A stretch of DNA of 64,000 bases from Conidiobolus incongruus B7586 (lineage: Eukaryota), in NCBI GenBank assembly GCA_000697335.1, contig JNEM01012718.1, positions 1-64,000 of the forward strand. The letters are read 5' to 3'. Position 1 is the stretch's first letter. Every line of letters starts with the position of its first letter. Below the pieces are notes generated by a model, which was not told the DNA's origin, made no database searches, and saw only the letters and a list, made by a program, of their open reading frames with translations. The position numbers were made by a program, and so were the translations under genes. This document shows, piece by piece, positions 24,001 through 37,977 of this stretch.

Positions 24001-26779
24001 GTCAATAGTTGATGCTGGATCAAGCGAGAGAAAAAGCTCAAAACAGTTTCTAAATGATCAACACAGTCCAATGCGTTGTCGAAAAGGGGACTGAATCCAG
24101 TTGGTTGCTCTTCGTTCAATAGAGATTGGTACTGATCAATTAAATCCATCAATGGAATGATAACCGATCTTGGATCATTGACAAACAGTTCGGTAATAAA
24201 GGAAAGATATTGGTCAATATTAGCGAATTTTTTGATTGTGTCATTTGGCTTTGAGCTCAGATCGAAGCAAAGAGAGAAAATACTTATACATAGTGTACCA
24301 ATTCGAACTCGGTTTTCAGCACTATTGTATTTCCAAAACAGATGAGAGCTGAAGATGGAGGAATAAATGAACTTGATACCAGTTTTCATATCATCCAGCA
24401 TATTCTTGCTAATATCGGATTTTCCAAGATACAGGTGTTGAGCAATCGATTGATTGAGAGTATTAACCAAGTCTAGGAATCCAATGGTCACATTATAGTC
24501 TCCAAGGATGATTTCTTCTCTGATTTTGGAGTAGATCATCTCGGAAGGACTGTTCCCTAGATGCAAAAAGTAATTGGCCAAAACAGGATCCTGTCTCAAT
24601 AAACCATATTTGTGAATAAGCTCCCAAGAGTCGTTGGAAAATCTTGGCACCAGTTGAGTCAAAATTTGCAAACAGCAAGCAATCGATTCATTGTTGAACT
24701 TTGAGTGGTTATTAGTGCTATAATTGATAATTTGCAGTACTAAATTTAGAATTTGATAAGGAGATCTTGAAGGATTTGACAAAGAAGATTGCTTTTGATT
24801 CTCTTCAAATGCAAAACCTGGGCAGAAATATGGAAGCCCATCTAAAATATATCTTAAAGCAACAACTATATCTTCAATTGAAATGGGCTGGTGAACTGTT
24901 GAAAAATTGCTGTTTGTGTACTCGGTTCTTGATAAATAATCTAAAACACCAAGCAAGTAGTCGAATACCGAGAATTGATATTTGAATTGAATAAGCATAG
25001 GTGATGAATCTTTTAAAATAACTCCTGAAGATCCAATAGGAACCTTCCAATGAGTGAATGGAATGTTGATATCAGCAAATGATGTTATGTCCGTTTGATT
25101 AGCGTCTGAGTTTTCATTTAACCTCATGTATGATTGTAACAATTCGGGAATGGGAAGAGTAAGAGTGCTAATATAATTGAGCTCCTTGATTAATGTATCT
25201 TGGGGCAAAACTTCAATAAATGCTGTAACGATCTTCAAGTACATTGATAAATCGTAGGGGAAAGCTCTTATAGCAGCATCAAGAATTACGGATTTTCCTG
25301 AATTGGCACTAGACCATATATCCTGTGCAATTTCAGAGCTGGTTACAACAATGGTACAGAAAGCATTCACAATCTGGTATTCAGTAGCGACAATGGGATA
25401 TGTGTCAAGGAAGGAGAGAATGAAAAATGATAGATCCTTCAAAAAAGATTGCGTTGCGAGGGGATCAATTGCACTATCCATTATTTCGATATAGGTTTGA
25501 TATTTGTAAAATGCTTGATTCAGTTTCAAAAGTGATAAAACATCTTCTATTTCATATTCTTCGTCGAGTGTATTTAATATAGTGGCCAAAGTATTTGTAA
25601 CAGGTGTTTGATACTTGATCATATGCTTCTGCTTGAACAATGTGTTAAAACACGTTTTCACAACAAGACCCCAAACCGAGACGATTAAAGAATGATCCTC
25701 AAATTCTCTCAAATAACAAATTTTTTCAGTGATGGAATCAATCAGATAAGGATTTTTACCCAAGAAATGAGTTGAATCCGAACTGCTGTTATGAAACTCA
25801 GTAATCATGAGTTCAATTTCGAGTAAACGCAAGAATACTAATGATTTGACTGTTTCCAAACGCTGAGAGGAGTAATTTTTATCGTAAGTGCTAAATCCGT
25901 TATCAATTTCCTGTCTCTTATCTTTGACTAACCATTCGGTAAAGGAAAGCACCAAATTTTGATCAATAGGTTGTTGATAGGAAGCCAAGGTAGCAACAAA
26001 TAAGATGACGGATTCTTGGAACAGGGTGTATTCGTTTAATAGATAGTATGATTGATATTTAACGTTTGAAATACTATTCAGCTGATCCATGCACTTTTTA
26101 ACCATATCGGACACTCGACCTGTGGTAGTTGAATCTTCCTTGAAGTGTTTATTGACAAATTCAGAAGCCAATTCACTCAAGGGGTTGGATTCCTTCTTGG
26201 AAATTAAGATAACTGTTGTCAATAAATTGAATATATTAACTTTTTCTTGGTAATAAAATTCGATAAAGTATTGGCAGATTTGTTTTTTAAAATCATTGTC
26301 GAGTATACTGGGTGGGTTTTTCGTAAAATCTTTCAACCACTTATGTGAGTGTTCTTTAGCATTAAAAATAAATTTTTTGAACCAAAAAACGGGTTTTTGA
26401 GGTTCACTCCAATTAAATTGTGAATGAGCAAGCTCCAAAATAGTTTTTTCATGATTGTGAACATTATATTGTTTACCATTCAAAGTAACGCTGGTTGGAA
26501 TAGATAATACTTTGGGAACACCCCCTACTTCTTCAACGAAATGCTTGAGAGGCTCCTGTAAAGTAAAATATTCGTTATCGAGGAGTAATTTGAAGGCTTC
26601 TGTTTTAACATTTAAATTGGGAGAAATAAGAGTATGATACAATCTTGAAAAGGACCCATATATTCTAAATATATGTATAAATATTAAACAAATAAAGAAA
26701 TTTTAAGATTCACTTACAATGGTTGTTGGATCCAATCTTCTGGAATAGCTTTTTTCCAATCCCAATCATTTGACTCCAT
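21042..26779 (-). CDS. NUP188: Nucleoporin Nup188
   Basis: About 1890-aa alpha-helical protein; a short first exon (MESNDWDW...) splices in phase to the 1866-aa ORF. Nup188-like segments: FYYQEK..NPL, FPYDLSMYL, E...GDYNVTIGFLDL and WKYNSAENRVRIG. Confidence 0.8.
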
Positions 26780-27083
26780 TAAAGATTATCTATATTATTA
26801 ATATTTTTATGTGTGTTTGAAATTTTGATAATAAAATTAAATAAAAAAATATTATATGTATAAATTGAATTTATGAAGTAACTTTATATGATTTTGTCAT
26901 TTCTTTAATTTCCAATATTTCCATATTTTATGTCATTGATCCAAAATTTAATGTTATGGGATTATCACATTATCAAAATTATGACTAATTACATCACCTT
27001 AATTATTAATGATTGATGATGTATAAAGTTAGTTACTGTTTTCTAATTTTCGTTTCTTTAACAATAATAATTATTTATAAACG

Positions 27084-28625
27084 ATGGAAAATAACTCGGA
27101 ATTGATTGCTCAGTTCATTTCATTAACTAATTCATCAACTGAAACAGCTGAATTTTATTTGAATGCTGCTAATTACGATATAGACGTAATATACCCTTGA
27201 TATAAAATCTCCAAATCTAATTTTAATTTTTCATAATTTAAAATAGGCTGCTGTTGAGCAATATTTTCAAACACAGGGAAATGAACATCTTTCTGAAGAT
27301 ATTCCTTCCGAATTTGTTAGTTCTCAGGGGCCTGATGTCTCAACTTCCCAAGATTTTACTGCTCAACCAAGTTCTCAAAAATTCAAGTAAACATTATTTT
27401 TTCCTTTTTTTACCTATAATTAGGTAACATTATTTAGATCTAGTAGCCGTTTTAAAAGCTTATCTGATTTGAATAGCGATTCAGAAGAAGAATCGGGTCA
27501 AAATGTTTATACAGGAGGTGAAAAATCGTAAGCTCAGGTACCTTATTCAGAGATTTAAATAATGAAAAATATATGTTTAGGGGAACAATGGTCAATCTTC
27601 CACCCGATTTTGAGCCCCAGACGGGTAATTTATTAGATTCAATTTTGAAGAAGGCTTCTGAAAAGTAATTTTGAATCTATATTTTTTAACAAATATTAAA
27701 CATTTGTATAGCTCTGCTGCTCATCCTGAAAGACTAGAAAAATCAAGTCAGCCAAGATTCCAGGGTCAAGGTAGATTCCAAACTTAAGAGCACAATCATC
27801 ATTATGAATAATGTCATTTTATCATAGGTTATCGTCTTGATGGGCCTTCTCCTAATCAACAACCAACTACATCCCAATTTCAGCCACCTAATACAAGCAA
27901 TGAACCTGTTGAAAGATACCTCACTGTATACAAAAATGGTATATTGTTTGGAGAAGATCGATTTTTGCCTTATGGCACCGAGGAGGCTACCAAGTTACTT
28001 CAGTCGATAGAATCAGGGTAATTATATATTTTTCAGTACGCAAAGTATTATATTTATATCCATTTAGAGTTGCCCCTCGTGAATTGATGGGAGTTGCCCC
28101 AGGTCAACCTGTTGATTTGAAATTATCTCAAAAGACAGACGAAGATTACATTCCTCCCAAGCTTCCCATGAAATCTTTTTCTGGACAAGGACAAAGACTC
28201 GGAAGGTAATATAGATTAACAGCATATTATTGTTATACTAATATATTTTAGTCCAGTACCATCGGCGGGATCCAGTTCATCAGCCCCGCCCAAACCAGCC
28301 CCAAGCTCTCAAAATGTATCTCACTCAGTTGACCCCAATCTTCCTCAAACTTCAATTCAATTTAGATTAATGGATGGATCGAGAATGGTAGCTAAATTCA
28401 ATCATACTAATACAGTAGGTGATCTTCGTGGATTCTTATCTTTGTAAGTTATATTACATATTTTTTTCCAAGTACCATGTTAATTTAATATTTTTTAGAT
28501 CTACCCCATCAGGTGTACCTTTCACTCTTAATACACAGTTTCCCAATCGTGTATTGGAAGACGATTCTCAAACATTGGCAGAAGCAGGTCTATTGAACTG
28601 TGTAATTATTCAAAAGAAGGTTTAA
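27084..28625 (+). CDS. SHP1: p47/Shp1 Cdc48 cofactor (UBA-SEP-UBX), multi-exon
   Basis: UBA-like N-terminus ([21 protein letters not shown]), YTGGEKS, SEP region (LTVYKNG..APREL), SHP box [10 protein letters not shown], and UBX domain ([23 protein letters not shown]). Confidence 0.93.
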
Positions 28626-28701
28626 TTTTATTATTTAAATAAATACCTTAATTTTTCATTACTATCTTAATATCAATTATTTATAATGTATAATATCTAA
28701 A

Positions 28702-28705
<4 letters not shown>

Positions 28706-28733
<28 letters not shown>
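28706..28733. repeat. (TA)n microsatellite
   Basis: Directly visible in the sequence. Confidence 0.9.
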
Positions 28734-28737
<4 letters not shown>

Positions 28738-29808
28738 TCATTATTATTTAACTTATCCATTGATTTAAAACAATCAGATTTTTATTTTATATTTCTATTT
28801 CAGCTAAATTTAAATAGTAAACTTAAACTATGTTAACTGAGTTAAATTGTCGAAAAAATTGCTACCTATAAAAATATTATTATGTTTGAAAATTATAAAA
28901 TATCAATTGTTATTAAATTATCAATCGAACATCATTGTTAATTTGATTTCGAATGAGTTATCTAATTACAATCACAATTATTATATCATTAACCATTTAT
29001 GTTTCCTTTAAAATTATAGATGTTTATAGCAAACATTCGATTGTGAAATGAATATAATAAATCAGTAATTTTTGTAATTTAAATTTATAACATCGATTTA
29101 ATTATAATCCTAAGTCAATTTTAATATATAATATTTATTTTCATTAATTGTATATATTTTTTCCACATTTCTATTATTTCATAATAAATCTCTATATTAT
29201 TTTAATAGTCCAATCTAACAAAATATAAACGAATAATTTTGATTTTATAAATTAAACTGATTAAGCTATATTATATATTTGATATTTTATTATATTGAGT
29301 TTAAATCCAATCTACTTATAAAATATGTTATTTTAATCGACTATTGAATTTGATTTAAAGACTAAAAGTAAATTAATTTTAACTTATTTCATAAAATATC
29401 GTTCATCAAGTGTACAATATATCTTGAGTTAATTATACCGTGTTGACAAATATCGGATTAATATATTATTTTCATATTATAAAATATTTAATTAATACAA
29501 TTCTGATAAAATTCATATATTTTGAGTGTTAATATTTTTTGTTTATTTTGATATTTGGACATTATTAAACAAATATATCAATTAAAATAATATTTTCAAT
29601 TATATTTATTATCATTCATAATGAAACATGCATATATTTAATAAAATATTTTAATATTAATAAATGCTACATTTGATAAATTGATTATCATTACATAATA
29701 AACACAAATCCCATAATAAATTCTATTAAAATTTAAATACATAGTTTGAATGAGCTTCGGTCATTTATAAATATTAATCTTCATTTTAAAATTAATCTTA
29801 TTAATAAA

Positions 29809-30460
29809 ATGTTACTTCGTAATACTTTAAGATTAAGCACTAAATTAACCCGTGTGAATGGTATCCAAAGTTTGAGAATGGTTCAAACTAAAATTGATGG
29901 TTTAAGAGGAGAACCTAAATATGTTGTTGATCCTCAATTGCCTGATAATTATCCAAATTTACCTCAAATTTATGCTCAACATAAAAATCCTTGGCACTAT
30001 CAAGATCAACAAGATCGTCGTAACTTTGATGATCCCGTAATTTTATTTATACGACTTGTTTATTGCTTAATTATTAATCATTCTATCTAATTATTAGATC
30101 AATGAACAAGATGAAGTTTTATCTGTCTGGGCTCCTGATCAACATGATTACCCTGCCAACAAGGCTTTATTTGAATTATTGTGCGTTGCCGGATTTTTTG
30201 CTTCCGCCATCTATATCTACTCTTTCTACACTCCCGAATGCCCTGCTGTAATATTAATTTCATTTTTATTTAATGAATTGTATTAAATTGTTTTTATGAT
30301 AGGTCCGCAGATCTTATCCCTTCGACGGATTGAGAGTTGAATTGGGTAACGACCCCAACTCTACTACCAACGAACGTCGTGTCGTAAGTATCCTTTAATG
30401 ATCACTTATTTTTCAATTAATTAATTTTTTCAATAGGCTCGCTCTACCAATGAATTATAA
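29809..30460 (+). CDS. NDUFB8: Mitochondrial complex I subunit NDUFB8 (ASHI), multi-exon
   Basis: Mitochondrial presequence, DPQLPDNYPNLP...QDQQDRRNFDDP|INEQDEVLSVW, one transmembrane helix, and PA|VRRSYPFDGLRVELG. Confidence 0.88.
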
Positions 30461-31779
30461 ATTCAAAATCCGAAATCCAAACTTCTTACAATTGATTTAA
30501 ATAACAAAAATATCTTTTAAATTTGTATTACTTTCATACAATAGCCATTTTAATCAATGTTCAAATATTTATTTTTTATACCATTCTCTAAAATTTTAAA
30601 TCAATTGATTGTTATTAATTAACAATTATTAAGTATAAGAGCATTAGATATATTAACATATTATTTCTATAGACTATAAATATTACTTTCAATCTTTTAA
30701 TTTCAATATTTAAATGGCATTTAACTAAATATATTTTGGTTATTAATTAGCATTAGCTATGATTTGTAAAACTTGGATGACTGAAAAATACTTATATGAC
30801 TGCTATTAATAATTTGTATTATTTTTAATATATTAATTATATTCAGTTTGCTTTATCAATATTAAATCAGTATAATTAGAGATACATGATTTTATATTGA
30901 TGGATTAATATCACTAATTCATAAGATTAATAGTATTATCACTATAATATAAGGCTATATATAGGTTCCTATTCAATAATCGAGATTAACTCCCCATAGC
31001 TAACATTGAATTGACTATAATCATAGTTTATATACCATCATGTATAAAGTGATTAAGTTGAATGATATAAATTTGTGAGTTGATGAAATGGTAATGTTAA
31101 TAATTGAAAAAAAAATAATTAAATTTAAAAAAATATGCATAATTACCTCAATTTATAATGTACTGTTTGGTAATTTATAGCTGTATTAGCTGAATTGTAA
31201 GGCATTTTAATCAATATCAAGAATTATATCTATCATTGTTAATTGTAATATTGAAACTTAGCTTTTTCTTTAATTAAATAGCATTATTCTAAATGTTCTG
31301 GAATTATAATTTGGTTATTAACTTAATTTTAATATCATATTCGCTCACACATAAATTTTTGAGATTATTGTCCAAACTTTTACAATCCATAACTTGAACA
31401 GAGATCGCATTTAGCAATAGATACCTTTAATATTCTGAAAAGATGATAATTTTAGAATCTTAATTCAAATATCAAAAATTTGGATAGTAATAGTATCAGA
31501 GAATGAAAATTAAATATATCAATTATATATAATTTTATGAAATCAGAAAATCTCTTGATTAATCATTAATGCATCTGAAAATGTAGAATATGATTATAAA
31601 TATTGAATCAAAAATAATTCTCCAGTATAAATTATATTATTATTCAAGGCTTGAGCATAAGCTTAAATCATAATAGTTTTTGTTTAATTAGGAATAAATA
31701 ATTACTTTTCTTGAACAAATGAATAAGTAATATAAAGCATTTGAACTAGAATTACTTCCAGTCATCTAATATGAAATTA

Positions 31780-33055
31780 ATAGGTTGTGAATAAAGTTTT
31801 TCAAATACTTTGAGATAGCATAACTTCATTCTGGGACAAGGTTTCAATTTCAATTATTTAAAACCAAAGCTGTAGTTTTTTTATATAAATTGAAAACATT
31901 TAATATAAATAACATCAATGGGCTTTGTAATCCTTGATTGCATACATACACCCTTTTGAATTAATGATACATAAATGAATCGAATCAAAAATTCTTCATC
32001 AAAACTTGTTATTTCTAAATAAATCCACCAGTAAAATTCACAATTATTAAATAATGTGCAAAAAATTCTTTCAAGTCATGGTATTAATTAGTGAATCAAT
32101 AGGTTTAGCAGAGAGCGATGCTCAATCAAACACAAACATAGAGCTGGTTTTCAAAGATCAATCACTACTAGGAAAGAATATTTAAAGAAATTAAAAGTAT
32201 AAAAAAATGAATTCATATTTATCTACAAGGGATGTATCTACAAGATTATATACTAATTATAGATTTATTTAATTTATATTGATGAGATCTGGGATTTAAA
32301 ATAACTTCAAAAGGGTAGCTAATATATTGTTAGCTTTTCAAAGAAGGATAATGAGTAAATTTAATAACTAAAAAACTTCAAAAAATATAGAACAAATTTT
32401 GTATTATTAATATAAATTATTGCCATTGATGAAAGTTGGTATCCACTATATATTATGACCTTGTCATAAATCTAAAGAATGGTTTGAATCTAAAGGTCCA
32501 GTCCCAACTTTTTCTAAACCCCAAAAATTCCAAGTCTCACTTATTGGTATAGATTTTATAAATATACACTTCAAATTATTATTGCCTTAACCACCATGAA
32601 TAATATGATATATAATATATTAATCGAGAAAAACAAAACAAAATGCTCATTTTTCTGGATTTGAAGACCTCTAATCATTCATGGTAATCCAAGCCTCATA
32701 AAGCAAAGATTGTCAAAGATCTTATTAAATCAAGGGAAAAGGTTGTATTACCAGACAATATGCTTTTTAAATATGAACTCTTGTGTTTTCAAGGATCTTG
32801 GGCTATTAAAGGACTTCAATGTTGGAAAGTAATATAAAAATTTCAGTGATAAAAATGCAAAATAGAATAAGACAATTAAACTGAATAATAAACACAGGAT
32901 TTTTAATGGAGTTGGCTAACTTTCAAAAGTTGGAAAATGTATTATATTAAATAGGGAAACTATTCATTTTATTGTAAAGTTTAATATTAATATTTATTAA
33001 ATATATTTAAAAATGTAACTTGTAAAATATTATTAAAACTTGTTTCACAACCTAA
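31780..33055 (+). mobile_element. Full-length degenerate mariner transposon (1276 bp) with TIRs and TA target duplication
   Basis: Left end TA-ATAGGTTGTGAATAAAGTTTTTCAAATACTTT; right end reverse complement TA-TTAGGTTGTGAAACAAGTTTTAATAATATTTT. Internal fragments: DLGFK, IIAIDESW, KSKEWFESKGPVPTFSKP, PHKAKIVKDLIKSREKVVLP and WKM..I...G.Y. Confidence 0.85.
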
Positions 33056-33283
33056 TATATAAATGAACAGCAAGCAATCTCAATATATTTTTAAATGATT
33101 GTGGTAATTTGGCTTATTTTGTTCGATTAAATCAATACCCAAATTGAATGTGTAATCATTAAAACTTGTACATATTTTCATAATTAGTTTATTTATTGAG
33201 AAAATATTTAATAAAAAATATTCAATTTTAGTATACAAATTAAATAATTAAGGTTTGATCCCTAAAATTATCGTTAAAAGAAA

Positions 33284-35606
33284 TTAATTCCATTGGCGAG
33301 CATAAGCTTTTAAAAGTACTCTTTGCTCCTTCTGTGCAAATTTCGCAACATTGTCATTTTCTAGCGCAAATATAGCATCATTTAAAGAAACAACGCGATC
33401 AGCATGAGATGCTATCGATCCAAGTCTTCCGAGAAGTGGTTGTGAACTGAGATATGGCCGAGGTCTACTTGATATATCGGATGGATCTTTGAGAAATTGA
33501 CCAATCTTGGTTTTAGGTTTTTTAGGCTTGGGAGGTTGAGCTGTATTGTTACTAGGAGATGGTTCAGCTGCACGCGGCGGTTGCGATGGAGGGGGTGGAG
33601 GAGTAATGGAGTCAGTGGATGTGGATAACATCCAGCTTTTTTGGACACCACCTGCACTGAGCAAAGCAGTGGCATTAGCGGTTTTTCTTCTTTGTTCTTC
33701 ATTAATATTTCTAGCTGCAGCTCCAATTGACGAACCATCTTTACGAGTTTTGCTTTTCTTAGTTTTTGTACCATCTCCTCCTTCTTCTTCTTTTTCTTTT
33801 AAGAATTCTTTCAAAATAATATCTTCTTCGCGATCTGCGCGGTTAATGGCATGTAGTTGCTTTACAGGATCTTGTGATATGACAATTTTGAACAAAGGAG
33901 TGTTATTACGAGTCATTGGGGGTTCTGAGAATTGGTTGGACCTAGAACGATGTTTACTAGCATTGATCATTGCAGCAAGTAAAGTACGAAGACGATCTTG
34001 ACAAGCTAATGCCATATAATTTACAGCATCAATATCTACATTAGTAAGTTTGTGTTTTTTAGCAATTAAAGCCATGCGATGAGCTAAGAGCGAAGAATTG
34101 GCAAAAGCTTGAGATCGAGTGCGATCTTCTTGAGGATGATCTAGGCCGCTTTGGTGTGAAAGCATATCATTCTCTTTCATAATATTCTCAGATTCTTCTC
34201 TAAGATCGACACCAACAGAATTCATAACATCGGCCAGAGCATCGTAATCCACTTTGTCATCTGTTGGATTTGAAGAAGTATTTTTGATTACCTGGAATGT
34301 ATTGCTCGTGGATGATTGAGGAACAGCTACAGGAGCTGGGGAGGGGGTAGGGACAGAAACAGAGATAGAGGTAGGTATATTGGCAGAAATGGTAGAAGGA
34401 ATAGAAATCATATTTGGTCTAACTTGTAAAATATCACCCGTTTTAGATTTAGCTGCAGGCTGGATATGAGGTTCAGTTTGAGGATAAGTTGATAAATTTG
34501 AAATATGAGTATTTTGGGGTTGTTTTTGAACTTTAGATACATTTTGATGTGGTGTAAATCTCAATGGAGTGGGTTGAGGACGCATTCTAAGTTGTTGGGG
34601 CTGCTGTGGCTGTTGTTCAAGAGGTGAATTTGTTGATTCTTTGTTAACTCCCTGGTTATCACCACTGTAGTTGGAACGTAAAAGTGCCTGAACCTTCTGG
34701 GTAAAAACATCGGGGGAAATTTGCTTAGTATTGATTTGCTCAATTAGCAAATCTAACATTTCATTGTCTTTCTTGGAAAGCTTCGCTCTAATTTTTTCTA
34801 GTTCAACTTTTGGTGCTAAAAATCGTCGGTTAGTGAAAGACACATTGAATCAAATATGAAATGCGAATACCTTTAGTTGGCTTTTTATGATGCTGCTTGA
34901 TTGACTTAGATGTTAAAGCAGATCTACCAGCAGGATTCGGGGCAATGAGTGGGCGAATAGGCTGTGGTCGATATTGAGAAGTTGGAATTGGACTTTGCAT
35001 AGAATTAGCTCTAGGTAAAACTGGTATTGTTGAGGTTGAAGCCTGTTTAACAGTAGTAGGTAGTTTAGCTCTAATAGGTACAGCTGACGTAGAATTTAAT
35101 GAAGAATTAGCTGTTGGCATAGGTCGAATTGGAGTATTGGAAGTAACCTTTGAGATTGTATCCATAGTCTTAGACTTTGGAAGAACTCTAGGAGGTGCAG
35201 GAGGGGGTGTAAAAGTAGTTGGCGAACTTGTCGTAGTGGAAAGTAAATCTTGAACATTTGGTTCTGAATAATTTATGGGAGTAGAAACTGAAGCAGGAGA
35301 GTTTAAATCTAAAAGACTACTTAATTCATTAATGTCAAATGAAGTTGAAGTTGCTGGGAATTCGTTGAGAGTCTTAAGGATATCTTGAATATCACGATTA
35401 TCTTTTGGCTCTTCGTTTGTTGGCAAGTCAGTTGAGGAAAATAAATTTATAATAGCCTGTGTATCTTGATCGAAATTTAAACCTAAATTGGCTGCAATAT
35501 CTAACCCACTATTATGAAAAGTGCTATCTGGAGTTGAGGTTGAAGTAGTTGAAGGTTTGACCTGAGACTTGTTTGACTGCTTTGAATTTGAATTATTATT
35601 TGACAT
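33284..35606 (-). CDS. TAF4: TFIID subunit TAF4
   Basis: The two ORFs are joined by intron 34816-34870 (GTATTC...CACTAAC...TTAG). Motifs DVMNSVGVDLREE, histone fold MALACQDRLRTLL..SKHR, RKTANATALLSAGG..KSWM and VSLNDAIFALE. Confidence 0.9.
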
Positions 35607-36454
35607 AGCGCATTAATATATTATAATATTATGATAAAAATATATTTTAGAAGATATCTACAAATTTTGAATAAAAATAATATAAAATAAAATTATTGAA
35701 GTTGAATGTGTGATTGAATTAGGAGACAAAGTCAAGTCAATTTTATACCCTTTTTATTAATAAACAGGTTAATGGGATTTTTTTAATTGTATATTTTTTT
35801 AATTCTATCAATATTTTTGATTAATTTCAAATTTTGATAAGCAAGGACTATTTATTAATTATTCATTATCTTTTATTATGTACACAAAGCTCAAACTCAG
35901 AAAATTTTTTTAATTCAACATAAATTTATTGAAATTATTACTTATTCATATAAGAATAAGTTAAAAATTAGATCAAATTTCCTTGGAGGTAAAACCTTTT
36001 AAAATTCAATTTTCTAGCTTGGGAGATACTAAATGAATATATCAGAACTGTCGGCTATTTCATCTGAAACAACTATTGCCAATATATATGACTTTAAATG
36101 ATATCCAGTTTTTTAATATCATTAACTATATATTGTATTATTGAAACTGTAAACGAAATTTGATAAAAATTAAAATGCAAATAAATCAAAATTACTAATG
36201 GAAAATTGTCTATACTGGATAAATAAATATATATATATATAATAAAGAATGGTTACTTATAGATACAACAATTAAAAGGAAATATTACTAGGAAATCACA
36301 TTATAAAATAACAATTTGACATATTCAAATTTTACTTACTCTATAATAATGAAACTCCTAACTTAACCTCTGGTATTTAGGCATATATTGAGATTTAAAC
36401 TAAACCTAAAAATGTATCTTTTATATTATTATTAATACAATTTTTAAGTAATAA

Positions 36455-37615
36455 ATTTTTTAAAATCAAAATTAAATAAGGTTTTTAAAATATAATTCAT
36501 AAAGATAAATACATAATATATAATCAATATATTTTTTATATTTAATTACTTTTTACCATATTTTTAATAAACTTTTAATATCCCAAAAATAGTTTTTTTA
36601 AATTGAAAATTAAATTTGAAGTTATTTTCTTGTGAATATATTGTTTAACTGCCTAAAGCAAATATAGTTATATTGATTGTAATTTAATAAGTATATTAGG
36701 TCTAGTAGCTTTTCTTAGCTATTGTTAATTAGAAAATTCTTTACAATTTTAACTTTGAACATTTTACAATTATTCTATAAAATAATAATTATTCTGAAAT
36801 TATATTAAAAGCACAATTAAAATTAGTTTTATTTAAAATATATATAGCTTAATATTTATTGATATTCCTTTAAAAATTAAATCAAAATTTTATATATTAT
36901 CAAAATTTATTCTAACAACCAGCGTTTACTTATAAATAAAATATATAATTATTAAAATTAGGTGATTATTTAATTAAACATTTTGATTTGTATTTTAATA
37001 AAAGATTATATAAAAAATTTATAATTTAACATAAAAATCTTGGCTTTTAGTTATATTTTAGTAGGTTTTATTTAATTTAGCTACTCTAACTTTTTTTAAC
37101 CCTTTGCTAAGTTATAAGGTATTTCTTTTAAATATTATTAATTAAACTAAGGTTCAATTTCAATATATATAATATATTTCAACTAATAATAAAGTGTTTT
37201 AATTATGTTTTAAAGTAATTTTTGTTTAATAATAATTAAGAGTAATGGTTAAAATTAGTCTTTTGGATTTTAGTATTAGACAATTCCTCTTCCAGCCTTA
37301 AAATAATTTACTTAGTGATAATTAGTGAATTTAAATAAACATCATTTTTATAAACTGTTTGCAAATTTTAAATGATTTAAAAAGGCTTGTGGTTAAGATT
37401 TAATGAAACTAAAAAACTTTGATTATCATTATTTAGTTTAAGAATAATTATATTAAACATTAAATTGTTAAAGGAATTTTTTAATGAAAAAAGCATCATA
37501 TATCAATTTATATAGTTTAAAACCATATATTATCCTTTTTACTTTGTATATAATTTTTTTGAAATTAATAAGTTTGAAAAATCAGAAATTCAAAAATTTT
37601 CCTTTTCTTTGATTC
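36455..37615. repeat. AT-rich dispersed repeat, copy 2 (less mutated homolog of 16740-18005)
   Basis: Colinear shared blocks with copy 1 in the same orientation; retains more C and G. Boundaries are approximate. Confidence 0.7.
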
Positions 37616-37977
37616 TGAGGAAATAAATTAATGAATCAATATTAGCAATTTTAATCTCTGAATAGTAATATATCCATATTTGTATTCATAATTTCCAATG
37701 TTAAAATAACACTAGTAAGGAATTTGAAATGATATTCATTAAACAAGAATACAGTTGAAATATTATCAATTCATCTATGAATGAAATATAAGAAAATAGG
37801 TTAATTATATTCAAATTTGTGGAATACAAAAAATTTAAAACGAATAAAAAAAATATTAAAAATATAATAAGCTGAAAATTTGAATTTAATAATAAAATAG
37901 TCTAAATTAGTAAATTAATTGCAATAATAGTAAGTTAATTATTAAAATATATTATCAGGTAAGAAGAGTATGTAACT

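Noticed and set aside
34816..34870. Programmed frameshift or split gene between the two TAF4 ORFs
   Set aside because: A canonical 55-nt intron with a CACTAAC branch point joins them in frame.
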